In this document: in pieces, positions 13,134 to 26,765 of the stretch
Layout of the letters: each line of letters begins with the position of its first letter
How positions within the stretch are numbered: position 1 is the first letter of the stretch
NCBI GenBank assembly: GCA_002633005.1
Contig: NMRA01000103.1
Coordinates: forward strand, 1 to 64,000
Source: Phoronis australis
Lineage: Eukaryota; Animalia; Phoronida
Length of the DNA stretch: 64,000 bases
Direction of reading: 5' to 3'
The notes under the pieces: model-generated
The model's database searches: none
The model's input: the letters and a program-made list of their open reading frames with translations, nothing else
What the model was told of the DNA's origin: nothing
Program-made: the position numbers and the translations under genes

Positions 13134-13296
13134 AACATGCAGGTCATCAACTATGCTAGCCAGAATTATAACTTCAAGACCAGGACACTGACGGAAGGAG
13201 AAACAAGATCATTGTCAGGGAGCATAACAACTCTCTGTAACGACACAATAGCTTCATGGATGTTGGAACCCTGGGATGAGAAAAACCAAACGAGCT
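13134..13296 (+). CDS. BRICHOS precursor exon 5 (second conserved Cys)
   Basis: gttcag/gtaagt boundaries, phase 1 end: ...RSLSGSITTLCNDTIASWM..., matching the BRICHOS C-terminal L...I..LC.....W pattern. Confidence 0.88.
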
Positions 13297-13547
13297 GTAA
13301 GTAGTGTTGTGCGCGCTCTACCCGAGATCGGGAGGCGCTGGAAGACTTCCATCTTTTGCTTTTGTGACGGATTTAAGCACTTTGAAATATTGTATGTAAC
13401 GAACTTTGTAAATACCGTACCTAATTTTCTCCCTCGGTATTTTTAAGGGACTTTCACAAAACCACAGACAAGTAGGGAGCACGGAGTGTTAATTTATAGC
13501 AAATTCTTAATACAAGTGAACTTCCCCCCTCTAAGCAGTTGCTTTAT

Positions 13548-14520
13548 TATACATCCACATATACAAATGTGGGTGCATAATGCTGTCATCTCATGTCTGG
13601 GCGACCGAAGCTGGATATTCATATACTTGACAGGGTCGTTCCTTTGAAACTGACGACAGTTTTTGTACTGATCCGACTACTCGTGAGCCCCCTAGTGGCA
13701 AAGTTAGTTTTTAGATTTGTCCCTATAACAGGCCACTTCATTGACTGATTTAAGAACATTTGGCATATTGTTGAGGTGACGACCACACCATGCTAATTTC
13801 TAACGGATTCGATGGAGTTACCGTCCCTCTTCAGACCACCGTTCATTATGTCAAAGTCTGCTTTTGGCGTCTGTCTCTAGATTGACCAATAGGCTGCGAG
13901 GAGGAGTATGACACTTACAAGATGTTTTATTGAAGACAACACGACTGGCTTTGATTTTTCGACCAGTTGCAAAACTGTGGGGGTACACTGCTAGCAATTT
14001 TGTTTTTTGCCTCAATATCTTCCAAGTTTCTTTGTGGATCAACATGAAATTTTGTTTTATATTCTCATTGTGGAGGACACGGTGGGCGCTTACTTCGAGA
14101 CCGGTCTGATAACTGTGGTGTCCCGTAGTGGCAATTTAGATTTTCTTTGTGTATGCCTCAAAATCCCTAAAAAAGTTTCTAGACTGATTTTCCTGAAAGT
14201 TGGCAACTAAGTTTTTACTAGACAGTGACGTCTTCCCATTTTCGCATGTATTAGACGTATTCCGCGTCATCTGTTAGCCATTTTTGTTATTTACGAGCTT
14301 TGTTGTCTGTCTCTTGGTCAACCAAAGGATGAATACTGAAAGATGTGTTCCCACTGAGAAGGCGACAGCTGACGATGGTTTTCGGACGGGACCGACTACT
14401 GTGGTGCCATCTAGTGCCATTTTTTGCGTCCAACCCTGTTTCTCCTTTCCCCTTGCTGTATGTTTAGGAAATTTGGCAAGTTGATTCCGATAAACGTGAC
14501 TACAGATGGCTTCTTTAGAA
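13548..14520 (+). mobile_element. Degenerate Helentron/DINE-1-type element (CTCF-motif family)
   Basis: Reverse complement of the family at 34-51 kb. It begins TTATACATCCACATAT...GTGGGTGCATAATGC; motif remnants such as GCCCCCTAGTGG at ~13687. The 3' end is approximate. Confidence 0.6.
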
Positions 14521-15352
14521 CAGTTTTTCCTACTGTTCGTTTTAGTTCTTTGGCGTGTTTTGACGATTTTATGAGATCATCCCCGGCATTCAGACCTGCA
14601 ACCTTCACGTTGCTCTGCTGTCGGATCTAAATCTCCTTTGATAATTGTCAGAGCATCTTAATCGTATTTGGTTGGCCTTGGTTTCAACAAATATCTGGCA
14701 ATTAATGGCGAGAATTGGTGCTTTGTGATAAAGTCACAAAAAACAACAGGTTTTGTTTTATAACTCTGGTCAAAGAGAAGTGCCTAGAAAGTTTACATCA
14801 CCCCACAACAATGCTGAAATGCTTTTTTGCCGTTCCTTTAAATCTCACACCATTTGTAAAAAGCACGTGATTTGTCGCCATGCTGAACTGTTTAGCTCAG
14901 CCTATGGTTTTCCCCGTTACTATGTAGCAGACGTAATTGTTTAGCTCAGCCAAAACCATTGCCCGTGACAAAACATTTTGCTAGAGTGTCAGCGATGGCA
15001 AGAAGGTTTGCAAGGCGATTATTGGTCGAAACCGACACACTTCTTTGCCTTCGAAAAACTCATACGTGTCTCAGTTTCAAAGAGTCATTTCCTTGATGAA
15101 ATTAAATATCAAGTTTTTGGACGAAAAAATTGTCATAAATCGCGTGCTATAAATCACTCGCATAAATAGGATCCAACCGGACGGAGAGATATCAGTTGAG
15201 TAATGCGAAATTCGACTTATCCGATGGCATGGGCGGCACTGCACTGAAATAAGGGGCAGGCGATATAGTCCCCAGCCCCCTATGATGTGCCGCCTATGGA
15301 GTCCATGAGAAGCGTAGCACTGAAATAAGTGGGGGTATGGCCCCATCCCCCT

Positions 15353-15640
15353 CAGTGGCGGATCTAGGATACCATAAGGGGGGGCTCAAGATGTTGCCTC
15401 GAAGAATTGGTCATAGCGCGACTGTATGCACAGGCGGCCCGAAAGTTCCGGGGGCTGGCGACTGTTGTTCCCAATTTCTGTTGGAGGACTAAAAACAAAC
15501 GACGACCACGATTCCGCCGAGGTCTAGGTCCCCCCGCTGCCGTTCCAAGTTGGTTCACTCGATATTTCTTCAATTTTGCTTACACCAGCCACAGAGGGGG
15601 GGGGGCGGGCCCCCTGGGTTCCACCCTAAATCCGCCTATG
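15353..15640. mobile_element. Short MITE with the same TIRs
   Basis: Same TIR pair; TSD CCCCT. Confidence 0.8.
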
Positions 15641-15785
15641 CCCCTATGGTGCACCGCCCATGGGCCAAGTGCACAACACATTTAACCCACTCAAGTTAAT
15701 CCCCTCTCAAAACAGCCGCGTCTTTGTAACAGATCATCACTGGAGCTTAATGTATGATATACTGTGCATCAACGCATAGATATGC

Positions 15786-15835
<50 letters not shown>
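15786..15835. repeat. (TTA)n microsatellite
   Basis: Direct reading. Confidence 0.9.
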
Positions 15836-15836
<1 letters not shown>

Positions 15837-15990
15837 TGTCGTTATTATACATGCTATCGTTGTTGTTATTATTCTTATACAATATCTATGCATACACTTA
15901 TTTTCTTGACTTACTCCTGAGGTCGTTGTCTTCTCGAAATCGAATTCTCTAAGTTATTTTTATAATTTTCTGTTCAAATTTTGTTTGAAA

Positions 15991-16144
15991 AATGAGTGAC
16001 TCTGAATGAGTGACTCTGAATGAGTGACTCTGAATGAGTGACTCTGAATGAGTGACTCTGAATGAGTGACTCTGAATGAGTGACTCTGAATGAGTGACTC
16101 TGAATGAGTGACTCTGAATGAGTGACTCTGAATGAGTGACTCTG
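15991..16144. repeat. 14-bp minisatellite AATGAGTGACTCTG x11, running into the gap
   Basis: Perfect copies up to the N gap. Confidence 0.95.
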
Positions 16145-16907
16145 NNNNNNNNNNNNNNNNNNNNNNNNNNNNNNNNNNNNNNNNNNNNNNNNNNNNNNNN
16201 NNNNNNNNNNNNNNNNNNNNNNNNNNNNNNNNNNNNNNNNNNNNNNNNNNNNNNNNNNNNNNNNNNNNNNNNNNNNNNNNNNNNNNNNNNNNNNNNNNNN
16301 NNNNNNNNNNNNNNNNNNNNNNNNNNNNNNNNNNNNNNNNNNNNNNNNNNNNNNNNNNNNNNNNNNNNNNNNNNNNNNNNNNNNNNNNNNNNNNNNNNNN
16401 NNNNNNNNNNNNNNNNNNNNNNNNNNNNNNNNNNNNNNNNNNNNNNNNNNNNNNNNNNNNNNNNNNNNNNNNNNNNNNNNNNNNNNNNNNNNNNNNNNNN
16501 NNNNNNNNNNNNNNNNNNNNNNNNNNNNNNNNNNNNNNNNNNNNNNNNNNNNNNNNNNNNNNNNNNNNNNNNNNNNNNNNNNNNNNNNNNNNNNNNNNNN
16601 NNNNNNNNNNNNNNNNNNNNNNNNNNNNNNNNNNNNNNNNNNNNNNNNNNNNNNNNNNNNNNNNNNNNNNNNNNNNNNNNNNNNNNNNNNNNNNNNNNNN
16701 NNNNNNNNNNNNNNNNNNNNNNNNNNNNNNNNNNNNNNNNNNNNNNNNNNNNNNNNNNNNNNNNNNNNNNNNNNNNNNNNNNNNNNNNNNNNNNNNNNNN
16801 NNNNNNNNNNNNNNNNNNNNNNNNNNNNNNNNNNNNNNNNNNNNNNNNNNNNNNNNNNNNNNNNNNNNNNNNNNNNNNNNNNNNNNNNNNNNNNNNNNNN
16901 NNNNNNN
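16145..16907. other. Assembly gap (763 N)
   Basis: N run; a second 20-N gap lies at 29516-29535. Confidence 1.
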
Positions 16908-16961
16908 GTGCGTGTGGGTGTATGTGCTTTCGTTAATAGCAATTCATGGTATCTTTTTCAG

Positions 16962-17086
16962 TGTGCAGAACCTGTCTGCCTTACTTCCATCTCGTACCAT
17001 TTGTAAGTTCGATTGAGTCCCAGAGGAAACGCTACAACGTTGTAATGAAATCGTTAGACTGTCCAAGTTTTGGTTTGTGCCTCTAG
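16962..17086 (+). CDS. BRICHOS precursor terminal exon (Cys-rich C-terminal client peptide)
   Basis: Acceptor ctttttcag, phase-compatible: (L)CRTCLPYFHLVPFVSSIESQRKRYNVVMKSLDCPSFGLCL*. AATAAA at 17888. The 763-N gap just upstream could hide another exon. Confidence 0.65.
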
Positions 17087-18668
17087 ACGTCGTCGCATGG
17101 TTTGTTCGCCCTGTTCCGTAAACTACACCCCACTTATGTTGAGTACATTGTTTACTAGCTATCTAACGACAAAGACTTAATGTCTGGAATAGCTTTGTTA
17201 TACCAATATGGACAACAAAACTTGCACATCAAAAATACAATTGGGTGTAGAAGTGTTGATAAGGTGTAAGGTATTGGTTGACTACCAATGGCGCCGACTG
17301 CAAGTCAAGATAGCTAATTTTTGCTTCGAAGTGTTGCATTCAGAGTGTACGTTTGTTTGTGTGTGTGTGTGTGTGCCCGTGTGCACGCGCGTGTGTAATC
17401 ATGTGAAACTACCTCGTCACTTCAATCTCCGAAGGTTCTCTTGATTTTGAATGGGTTCAGGCAACCATTAACTGCGATGATCATCGTACTTGGCTGTTAG
17501 GGAGTTGGGGAAGTTTGGGTTTTGACCGAACTTTTTCATATACTTTCTCGTGCTCACATTGACTACTTTCCCAGATCTGGGGGACGACTGCCCTCCCTGT
17601 CACGCCTGTGATCACAATAATTGGTTTTGTAAAACATTAATACAAATGCCATTGAACACAATATTAGCTGTTGCTGATTCTATCTCCTTTAGAGTACTTC
17701 AGTCACATTTTCCTCAAAGACTTTACGATTAGGCGACATTTTTATAGTGACGAATGGGAGGCAGGTACTTTTTAACTATTCCACTTTTTACGTAATTTGT
17801 ATTACTTGCAAAATAACTCTGAAAGCATTTTTGTCTTAGTGCACGTTGGTTATTGTATTATATTGAGTGCTGGTATTTGATATGAGGAATAAATATTTTT
17901 ATTGGATTTGCAGTTTTAAGAATTTCTGTGTTATCTTTATACATCAGTTTGTGCGAAGTCACTGGCAAAAAGATCTACATTAATCACCAGTCTTGGCTGC
18001 AGCAATCGTCACGTCCAAAAAGCTGTAAGTTACTTGATGGTCACTGCTTATTTACATGTTTTTCGTATATCAAATTATATGGAGATAATATCATGCATCC
18101 TCGTATGTTCTTACGCGTTAAGAGAATGGTAGCTGCGTGATTAACTTCCAACTATTTCCTATTGCTGAGAGACTGTTTCTAACTATAGAGTAATCCCACT
18201 GTCTGCCAAATGTAGCACTATAGGGTGTTACGAATTTGGGTCTTGCCAAACAATTATCTTTGTAAACAATCAACCTTTTTAGATCCTTAATGGAGGCGAA
18301 GAAAAACAAAACTATAGTTGATCAAAAATTGATCAACCGTGCTTCTATCACTTTCCTTGTTGTGCGAAGCATTTTCACGATAGGGGTGGTCTGATGAAAG
18401 AAGGTTAAAACTACTTTTAAGAAGTGAAAAATATTGCCGTTGCTTTGGAACTTCATAGCTGAAACATCATCTACTATGCGTAGCACGAATCACAAGACAA
18501 CTCAAGGGATGTCGTTATTTCCCAATTTATCTAGCACTACCTCTCACACCTAGTGGACAATACCATTTTCTACAGGAATCTCAGAAGCAGACGAACTCCT
18601 GCGGCTGCGAGTCGCCACAAACCACTTGTTTAAAGTCTGTAGATTGACACCTGACGCCCTTAGCGGAG

Positions 18669-18675
18669 TATAAAA
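18669..18675 (+). promoter_or_regulatory. TATA box of the bHLH gene
   Basis: TATAAAA ~230 bp upstream of ATG 18903. Confidence 0.55.
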
Positions 18676-18902
18676 TTCACTGTCATCTCTTCGAATCCAG
18701 TTGTTCTATCGATCATAAATAAGTTTGAGTGGAGAGTATTGCATCTGCAAGCCGAGAAACATTGCGAAAATCAGCCGTCAAAACGTCAGCTTTTCGTCCA
18801 CGAATTCAGTTACATTTGTGCACTGTTTATGGTAACAACACGCCGACAGCTCGAAAGTACGCGTCAAATATCTACACTATATTTCACTCCAAATGTACTA
18901 TA

Positions 18903-19232
18903 ATGCGAAGGAAGGCTTTCCAATCGTCAAGTGACAGTGGAGACGACAATTCTAGCACAGAAATGAGTGATTATTCACTGCAAGTTAAGTACAAAAAGCG
19001 CGGGAGGCCAACCGGAAATAACGCGGCACGAGAGAGAACCAGGGTGCAGAGCCTGAGGAGTGCCTTCCTGGACTTGCAAAGAACGTTACCATCGGTACCA
19101 CCAGACACTAAGCTATCCAAACTAGACGTGCTGGTCCTGGCTACAACCTACATATCTTACCTCATAAAGACATTAGATGACGGTGATAATGTTCCATTTG
19201 ACACAATACAACAAAATTTCCATCCTGTCAAG
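18903..19232 (+). CDS. TCF24: bHLH transcription factor 24/23-like, exon 1 (bHLH domain)
   Basis: [48 protein letters not shown]...FHPVK is nearly identical to the TCF24 bHLH; donor aag|gtaaag, phase 0. Confidence 0.93.
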
Positions 19233-19743
19233 GTAAAGATTGCTAGTGTGTGAATGTGCGTGTGCGTGTGTAATGTTGATACATTCGTTGTCTAGTTTGG
19301 ATAAGCCCTTTAGGGTACACGAGATGGTCTCCGGGGTTAGGAATTACTTGATAATTGTGACATAGGCCCGTCCGAAATGAAATGTGGTACTTATTCTCAA
19401 GCTTACCGTACATGTTTTGGAAAAGATTGACGCGCACCCATTAGGAGAAGTGGACAAAAAGGTCCGCCTCAAAGAAACAAGAAGTCCGAGACGCACAGTG
19501 AAGGTTTTCTTTAGTCCTCCCGCTTTTTTGTCAGCAAAAGGTCAACATCGCCAGAAATTCGAGCCTCCCATATGAAAGGCTGGGTGCGCGTATGCAATGT
19601 AATAATTTTTTTTTTTTTTAAATTCATGTTTCATGGAGGAGGGGTGGTCGTCTATCAAGGGCTATTATTCCCAAGGAATACAGACTTGTTTGTTGTTCAG
19701 CAATGTCCCGTCCGCAAATGTTTTGAACGCAGCACTGAAAGAA

Positions 19744-19875
19744 CCAGCGATGTATTTCATATAACCCAGCGATGTATTTCATATAACCCAGCGATGTATT
19801 TCATATAACCCAGCGATGTATTTCATATAACCCAGCGATGTATTTCATATAACCCAGCGATGTATTTCATATAAC
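19744..19875. repeat. 22-bp minisatellite x6
   Basis: Unit CCAGCGATGTATTTCATATAAC. Confidence 0.95.
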
Positions 19876-21198
19876 CTACATTAAGCAGTTGGCCAGAGAC
19901 AACCCAACTGAATTACGACTTTTGAAACAATGGCAGCTTTGATTTTTCTGTGAATTCAGAGATGAATGTTAATTATAACTTTTGGCCGTGTAACCTAAAC
20001 AGTACATACGTATGCACGTCAATTATTTCTCTCCATTCTCAAAGTAAAACATAGACGTGGATTAGACTTTGTAAAATATTGACGACCTTTCAAATGATTG
20101 GGAACAAGTTAACTTGAATACGATATGTAGCAGCAGCCCAGCTTGCTATAAATTAAACCAACATATTCACAACAACAATGGTGTGCTGCGTAGACCAGAG
20201 AAACACGCGAAACGTAAAATTTGCAACTATTCACGAGATATCGCCATGCATTTCGAGCGAAACACGTGTCAATACTAGCCTTCTTAGAATTTCTTGCGTG
20301 TACGGAATTCAGCCCAAAAAGCAGCTGTTGTATTCCTTTCTCTCACTACCTAGATTTTTTTCGATGAATAACAATGCAATTATTCTAAACTTAGCACCTC
20401 TATCGAATGCAACGACACGCAGACATTGCAAATATTATCTTAGTAAATCGACATTATAAAAACAATCGACCACCCTACTGTTATTTTTATTTGTGTTGTC
20501 TTAGCTAATAGAGCACAGGAATAGCGTCCCCACCTCTCGTATTCCCAACTTAATTAGTCGCTGACAAATTTGAGCTCATCTTAAATTAGCAATCCAGGAA
20601 GAACAGAGACCCCGACCACAGGCTGTCGAGGAATCACTGCCGTGGAATGCAGAGACCAAATAAACAATGATTTTTAATCTAGATGGCAGCTCTGTTGGAT
20701 GACGGCATGTTAGGATACGATAACAAGCTGCTTTCCGACATGAATTTGATGGCCACACGTTGTCTATTGACACACAAACGTAAAGATAAAGAAAATATAG
20801 AGCTTGAAGTTAACCTAGATTTCGAGAGAAACACAAAAATTCAACAATTTAAAGTAGACGACCACAAGCGAAAAATGGCGTCGGCGCATGGAACTGAGAA
20901 CGTGAAAGTATTTTTTAGATTCTGAAGGACATTTGTTCGTGCGATCATCCATCCGCCAGATTGCCACCGGACAAGTATAATAAAAGAAAAATGTGGCTAC
21001 GACTGTGGGATAAAGGGGTGACAAACAGAGAGAGACGCTTGCAATTACCCGGGCGACGAAGCTCTGAAAAAAGTGGGGCTATAGCCCCCCAGCCCCTCTA
21101 TGTTGCACCGCCCATAGACCATGGACAGCGCAGCACTGAAAAAATGTGGTTGGCTATTGCCCCCCCCAGCCCCCTATAGTGCTTCGCCCATGAACTAA

Positions 21199-21721
21199 AG
21201 AGGCATGGAACGCGAAATCTCGTAAAAAATAAGTGTTAAGCAATTCCCGACGAAAGTACCATCTTGCAACGTCTAGTACATAGCAATTCACTTTCCCCTG
21301 TGAGCAAATTTCCTGAAAAAATCACAAAACTCGCGATTTTTGAAATAAGTTGCGAAGGAAGATACCACAGAATTTCAAATCTCCCACCCACTAATGATAA
21401 ATGTGCGCATGCGCTCCCAGTCAGTTGCTTGAAGTCATTTGAGGCCAAAAGTCACATTTTCCATACAAGGGAAATGTGCTACGTTTATGTCCTGCCATAC
21501 CAAATAAGGAGACGTGCTTTGCCATGAGGAAGAAAAATCGACGAGGTAACGAGCAGTTCAGATATTTTTTTTTGGAAAGGAAATGCTTTGGTTTCATCAG
21601 AAATTAAAAATTTTTACGAACAAACACTATAAATACCTGGTGAGCAGGTTGGATTATGTTCAGTGACAGAAAACCACTTTCAGTACTGCAATTTAGTCTG
21701 TTTATCGCGTTCCAAGCCTCT
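21199..21721. mobile_element. Kolobok-type MITE
   Basis: TIRs AGAGGCATGGAACGCGA / TCGCGTTCCAAGCCTCT; flanks CTAA and TTAA. Confidence 0.7.
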
Positions 21722-24700
21722 TTAAGGTTTTCGGGAAATCAGTTTTCAAAGTCGTAAACCAAGGAAAATACGAGTAACAAGGTCCTAAACTAATGTACAC
21801 TCAGCCTATGAACAATAGAAATAAAAACATGCCATGGTATTGTTTATACTTGTATTATCTTAAAAGATCATATGAGTATAAAACAAAAGCACCGTAACAT
21901 CGACTAGGCGTCCATTTTCAGTTGATGCAACACAAACGGCAAGCTACAAATGGTGAATGAATTTTTTCAAGCCTTGCCACATGGTGAGAAGCAGATGACA
22001 AAATCCGTTGGTATACACCCTCTATGCTAACAATTACAAATTTAAAAATGAAAAACCATGTAGAGAATAGATCAAACATAGGGAAGTTTTGCCTCGACTT
22101 TGTCACAGTTAAGGGGAGAAACTGCATGCGTACGAAAGACACTAGGTGGACGAATGTGGGAACAGTTATGATAATCAAACCAAAAATATCACTCGTACGG
22201 GGAACAGTATTCGAAGTCTTTTGGAAAAATGTTGGTGTTGAGGTAAAACCGTTTACACCTTGTCACAAAATATTGAAGTCTACAGAGAGACTGCAATGCA
22301 AACTTCAAATTAAATACACGAGCAGAAAGGTATGATAGCCGCAGGAAGGTAATGTAAAAATTATTGAGGGGGAGGGTGGGGGGTACAAACCAATTCGACC
22401 TCACCAACGTACCTCCTTCCTATCGACACCCCCCCGTTCTCTGTATGTCACCATATTTGTACTGATCCCCCACGTCCGCCGCCATAGGTGGGTTGGGGGT
22501 ATACCTGAGATGCACTCATGAGGATTTGAGTAACCGTGAACCAACAAAGTTTCACGGCGAGTGGGCCTAGAGCCAGCGCACTGACGGGTAGCTGGGATCC
22601 AACAGTGGATTCGATGAGCTAGAGCTAGTCGCTGGTTAGCTCAGCTATGATTCATTTGAGACAGGGAGCTTAGCTCGTACCTATTCCTCTGCGCTGGCTC
22701 TAAGGTCAAGATTCGTTTTATAATGATCAAGTTTCGAGAAAACTTTATTTTATCATAGCCATTCTTCGAAGGAATTTTTGGAAAGGTGAGGTCCCGAGGG
22801 CCCTGGTATGAGTGCCTTTGTGGCCGTTTCAAAATCCCTAATGAAACACAGCCGGTAGTTCGCTTTCTTGTGCCTAGGGAAATACACACTTCATATAGTG
22901 GATGCTTCAGTCCGTGTGTGTAGTATGCACAGGAATGGAAAGCAAATGATTCCGTTTTGAAGAAAATTCATTGCGCAATGCTATTGAAAATTAACAACAT
23001 GAAGGAAGTGCAAAGAGATCCTTTCCAAGTTGATGAGCAATAAGTTTAATTTTATTTATTAAGTACATGTACTTAAACTTCTTCGATCTACGGTTTGTGA
23101 AATTAAGTCCAATAATCTATTTCCTAAGTCAATAAACAGTTTATTGTCATTTCAATTGTGAGAAATTTTTAGGACACTTTGTAGAGCTGTCCGACATTCA
23201 TTTCTTTCAGATAGACAAATCAAATCATTTAGTGTACACTGTATTTGGGGATCTGATGATAGATTGAATTTTCCCAGTGTCTGCATGCAACTAAATTCGT
23301 TGAAGCATTGCCATTTCTTAAAAGATTAGCTTTTAGTTGTAAAAAATCATCAGTCATTCGGCTCATTATCCTTGATACGTAAACCAACAATCGAATCCAT
23401 GAGCAATACGTTTACCTTGCTTTAATGACTTTAAAGTCCTTTTTGATCCCCTGTTAGTGACTTTAAACATCGGATCTTGTACCGAAGTTAAAAAGCAATG
23501 CATTTTTGACATTTGAAATGTGAGTAAATTTTTGGGAATTGTCCAAATTTCATCAATTGGTTATTTTAGATAGGCAAGAAGCGTTCGAGTGCACTTTACT
23601 ATTTGGGGATCTGATTATAGTTTTTTTCCATAATCAGACTTCAACTAAATTCACTGAAACATCATCAGTTCTTATAATATTCGCTTCAAAAATCACCTAT
23701 TAACACCTCGGTTTTCGTAGATACATAAACATGTAAACCAGAAACCAACGAATTTGTTTATCAAAACGGAATGTTATAATCTCCGCAGGCATGATCGCAG
23801 ATTTTTGACAGGTAGCCCGAGGAACATGGGACATTCATATTAAGGTGAATTTTTGCTCATTTCCTAGGTACCTATAACGGTTCACGAGTTTAATTTGAAC
23901 TTCAAAAAAAAAACTGCTGAAATATTTGTTTATTATTGCGAGTATTTTGAGTGCCGCACATGTACACGGCGGTCATCACAAATCGTAGCCCACAGTCTTT
24001 TCGACATCCTAGAAACGACCTTCAAGAATAGTAACTATTCTTGTGATACTACTGGGAAAATACAACATAATTTATAACTAACCATCGGAAGTAGCCTTTT
24101 TGTGTAATTCACTGATAGTGATCTTCACGTACTTCAAAATTCCAACTTTTTGATGGTGGTCAATCCCATTGTCTTTTTCAGATTTTTGGTTGTTTGGGTC
24201 GAATGTTTTGATATTGCTGTGCTGTGCACGGTTGCTTTGGGTTTTTGATGAATTTGGAATCTCAACTTCCCCTCGTGAATACTTGGCAGTGTCAGATTTA
24301 CATGTAGAAGGATACCGAACTGCCCCACCGAGAGGGGGCGCCGTCTGAAATGGAACATGTAAGATGAAAGGCTACACATCGCTAAGGTTGGAGAAGAGTG
24401 ACAGTTCATTCCACTATCGGATAACTTTGCAAGAAGTAACTTTCCTCAGCATGAAAGCCTGTTGTACGATTTGACGAAAAACAGGAAAATAGAAATAATC
24501 GATTCCAACATTGAGCCCTCTCTTCGTGAGCGGGCTCTTAAGAATTTGCCAATTAAAACACGAAAAGGGTGGCCACTTGAATGTCATCAATGGTCCTCCT
24601 CAAAAGCTGGGGCCCTAAATATGAAAAGATCTATATTTTCAAAAGTCAGGAAATGCGCAACAATTGATATAATCTGCCAGGCCATCAATTTTCTCAAGTG

Positions 24701-26702
24701 ATACACAATTTAGAGAAAGTAAAACACAAAAATAGAGCGACAGTGGTCTTCCTTATCCTTTGATGGAGAAGAGTCTCTGGAAAGTATAATTCCGCATTAA
24801 TGCATTTACAAAACTGTCTTATTGAATTTAAAATCCAGTGAATTAATGTGCTCCGCAAAGCTTCGCTTTACGAATTTCTCGAAATATATGTATAAAGGAT
24901 AAAGTGAACGTTTTCAAGAGCGTTTAGGCGACCTACATGTATGCAGCAAAAATGGAAACCCTAACAACAATATCGTGGAGAGGGCCCTCAAAGGGTAAAC
25001 CATGCACTGATACCGAGTTGTCAAATATTCTCTTGAAATTTCTCTTATCTGTATTCGTAATCTTTCCTTTCTCGCCTGTCTCCGGCCCCAAGCCTATGTC
25101 GTTTGCCATGGTTAACACTGACGCCTGCAAGTTTTTAGAGGCATGGGCCCCCTGCCCCCCTCCCCTCGCTTCCTACGACCCTGCAGCCATTGTACGGTAG
25201 TCAGAACTGAATTGCGCCAAAAGTGTCGGTAGGTGCTATCGCTTTAACACGGTTATGTGGAATAGGTGAAGACCAGCTTACCACAAACTTACAAATTCGG
25301 AGATAATACTCTGGTAGCTACTGTAATTATGTTACTTCTACGCAGGTGCCAGGGTTGGGAAATTAAGACAAGCAGAAACTGATGGCCACGAGGGGGTGCT
25401 GCAGTAGTCGGAATGGCACTGAAATTCATCAAAACGTTCGGTGACAGAGAGCTAACCGAAATTAGTCGCAATAAGATTGTAAAATACTAAAATTAAGAAG
25501 TAAACATGTTGGTGTGATGACTGAACGACGAATGTGTAAATGTTATTTATGCAATTTTCTCTTTTAATAAAAAATCAGAAATGACGCGTTTAAGTTTAAT
25601 TTCAGACACTGTACTATGCAATGTTCTCAAAACGTTGTCAGAATTTCTTTGTAATATTCAACTTTGGCACCAGCGCTTTCAAAATTGGGACCTTTAGGAT
25701 TTTTACGAAAAAAAGTATTAGGCTTTGAAGAAAAAGGAAAACGTAATTCAGAAAACAGTGCAACGTAACTTTTTTGAGATTTTTGAACTGTGTTAAACAG
25801 GCAAACATGCAAGGTCCTCTGCAAACTGAAATACACGGCCAAGCCAATTACAGCCTTCTTCCAACGGAGTTGTTATTCTAGGAGTATTGGGCTATCGAGA
25901 AAATGCTAGAAAAACTTTTTTACAGTACAAGGAAACATGATTTAAAGTACTCAAACGCAGACACGTCAAACGATACGTGGTCTAGTCCTTTCGCGCCACA
26001 TAGTGTCACCGCGACCAAACAGCAAAGGATGTAGGAGCGTGTATTGGATAGAACACCAATGTATGTGTGTGTGTGTGTGTGTGTGCGCGCGCGCGCGTGC
26101 GTGTTAACTAAAAGTTCTCGAGGTGACATACAGAAAAGTCGGGGAAGATGCCTAACAGTTCATAACATTTGGCAATTCAGGGTTCAGTGTCGTCAGACCG
26201 ATAACATTAAAGCTATGTTCCATCCCGTATCCCGTTTAGCTGCCTAAAACGAACATCCAATATGGTTTTTTACTCTAATTAACGTGGTCTCATCAGTTTC
26301 CTTGCCGCGAAATGATTCTATTTTCGTACACGGTTCAATTTCGATTTCGCATCCCCCAAAAACCGTCTTGTCGGTAACGGAACAAAATCCTATCATGGAC
26401 GGTGAAAGATATTATGAAACTGATTTGTGTGTCGGCGGTAAAAGGCCTAATAACATTATCACTTCTGAGCCAGTTAAACGTACACGGTGACTGAAATTCT
26501 GTTTTTAATGCATTGCAGGAACGAACTTAACACCACTGCTCAGAGCATACTGGTAGATTGGTAAAAAGTCAAAATCATTCTACAGACTACCTAGTTTTAA
26601 ATATATATATATATATATTTAAGAATTCTATAGTTTTGCAAATGTTTGGCAAATGCAACCTTGTCGATAAGGTCCAACATAGCCTTAATGCTTCTTTTGT
26701 AG

Positions 26703-26765
26703 AAATGGCCGATGAGGTCGCGACTGTACGCAGGGCTGACAAGTTCATCAAACCAAATGACGTAA
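26703..26765 (+). CDS. TCF24: TCF24/23-like exon 2
   Basis: Acceptor ttttgtag, then KWPMRSRLYAGLTSSSNQMT*. This completes the family motif HPVKKWPMRSRLY. AATAAA at 27109. Confidence 0.92.
   Translation, partial: KWPMRSRLYAGLTSSSNQMT

Noticed and set aside
15974-17016. Long ORFs of 266-322 aa
   Set aside because: Artefacts of the N gap and the 14-bp repeat.
18729-18902. N-terminal extension of the bHLH ORF
   Set aside because: It starts at GTG just after the TATA box. The first in-frame ATG is 18903, so this is 5' UTR.
20683-20925. 80-aa ORF in the TCF24 intron
   Set aside because: No recognisable motif or splice support; probably decayed transposon DNA.
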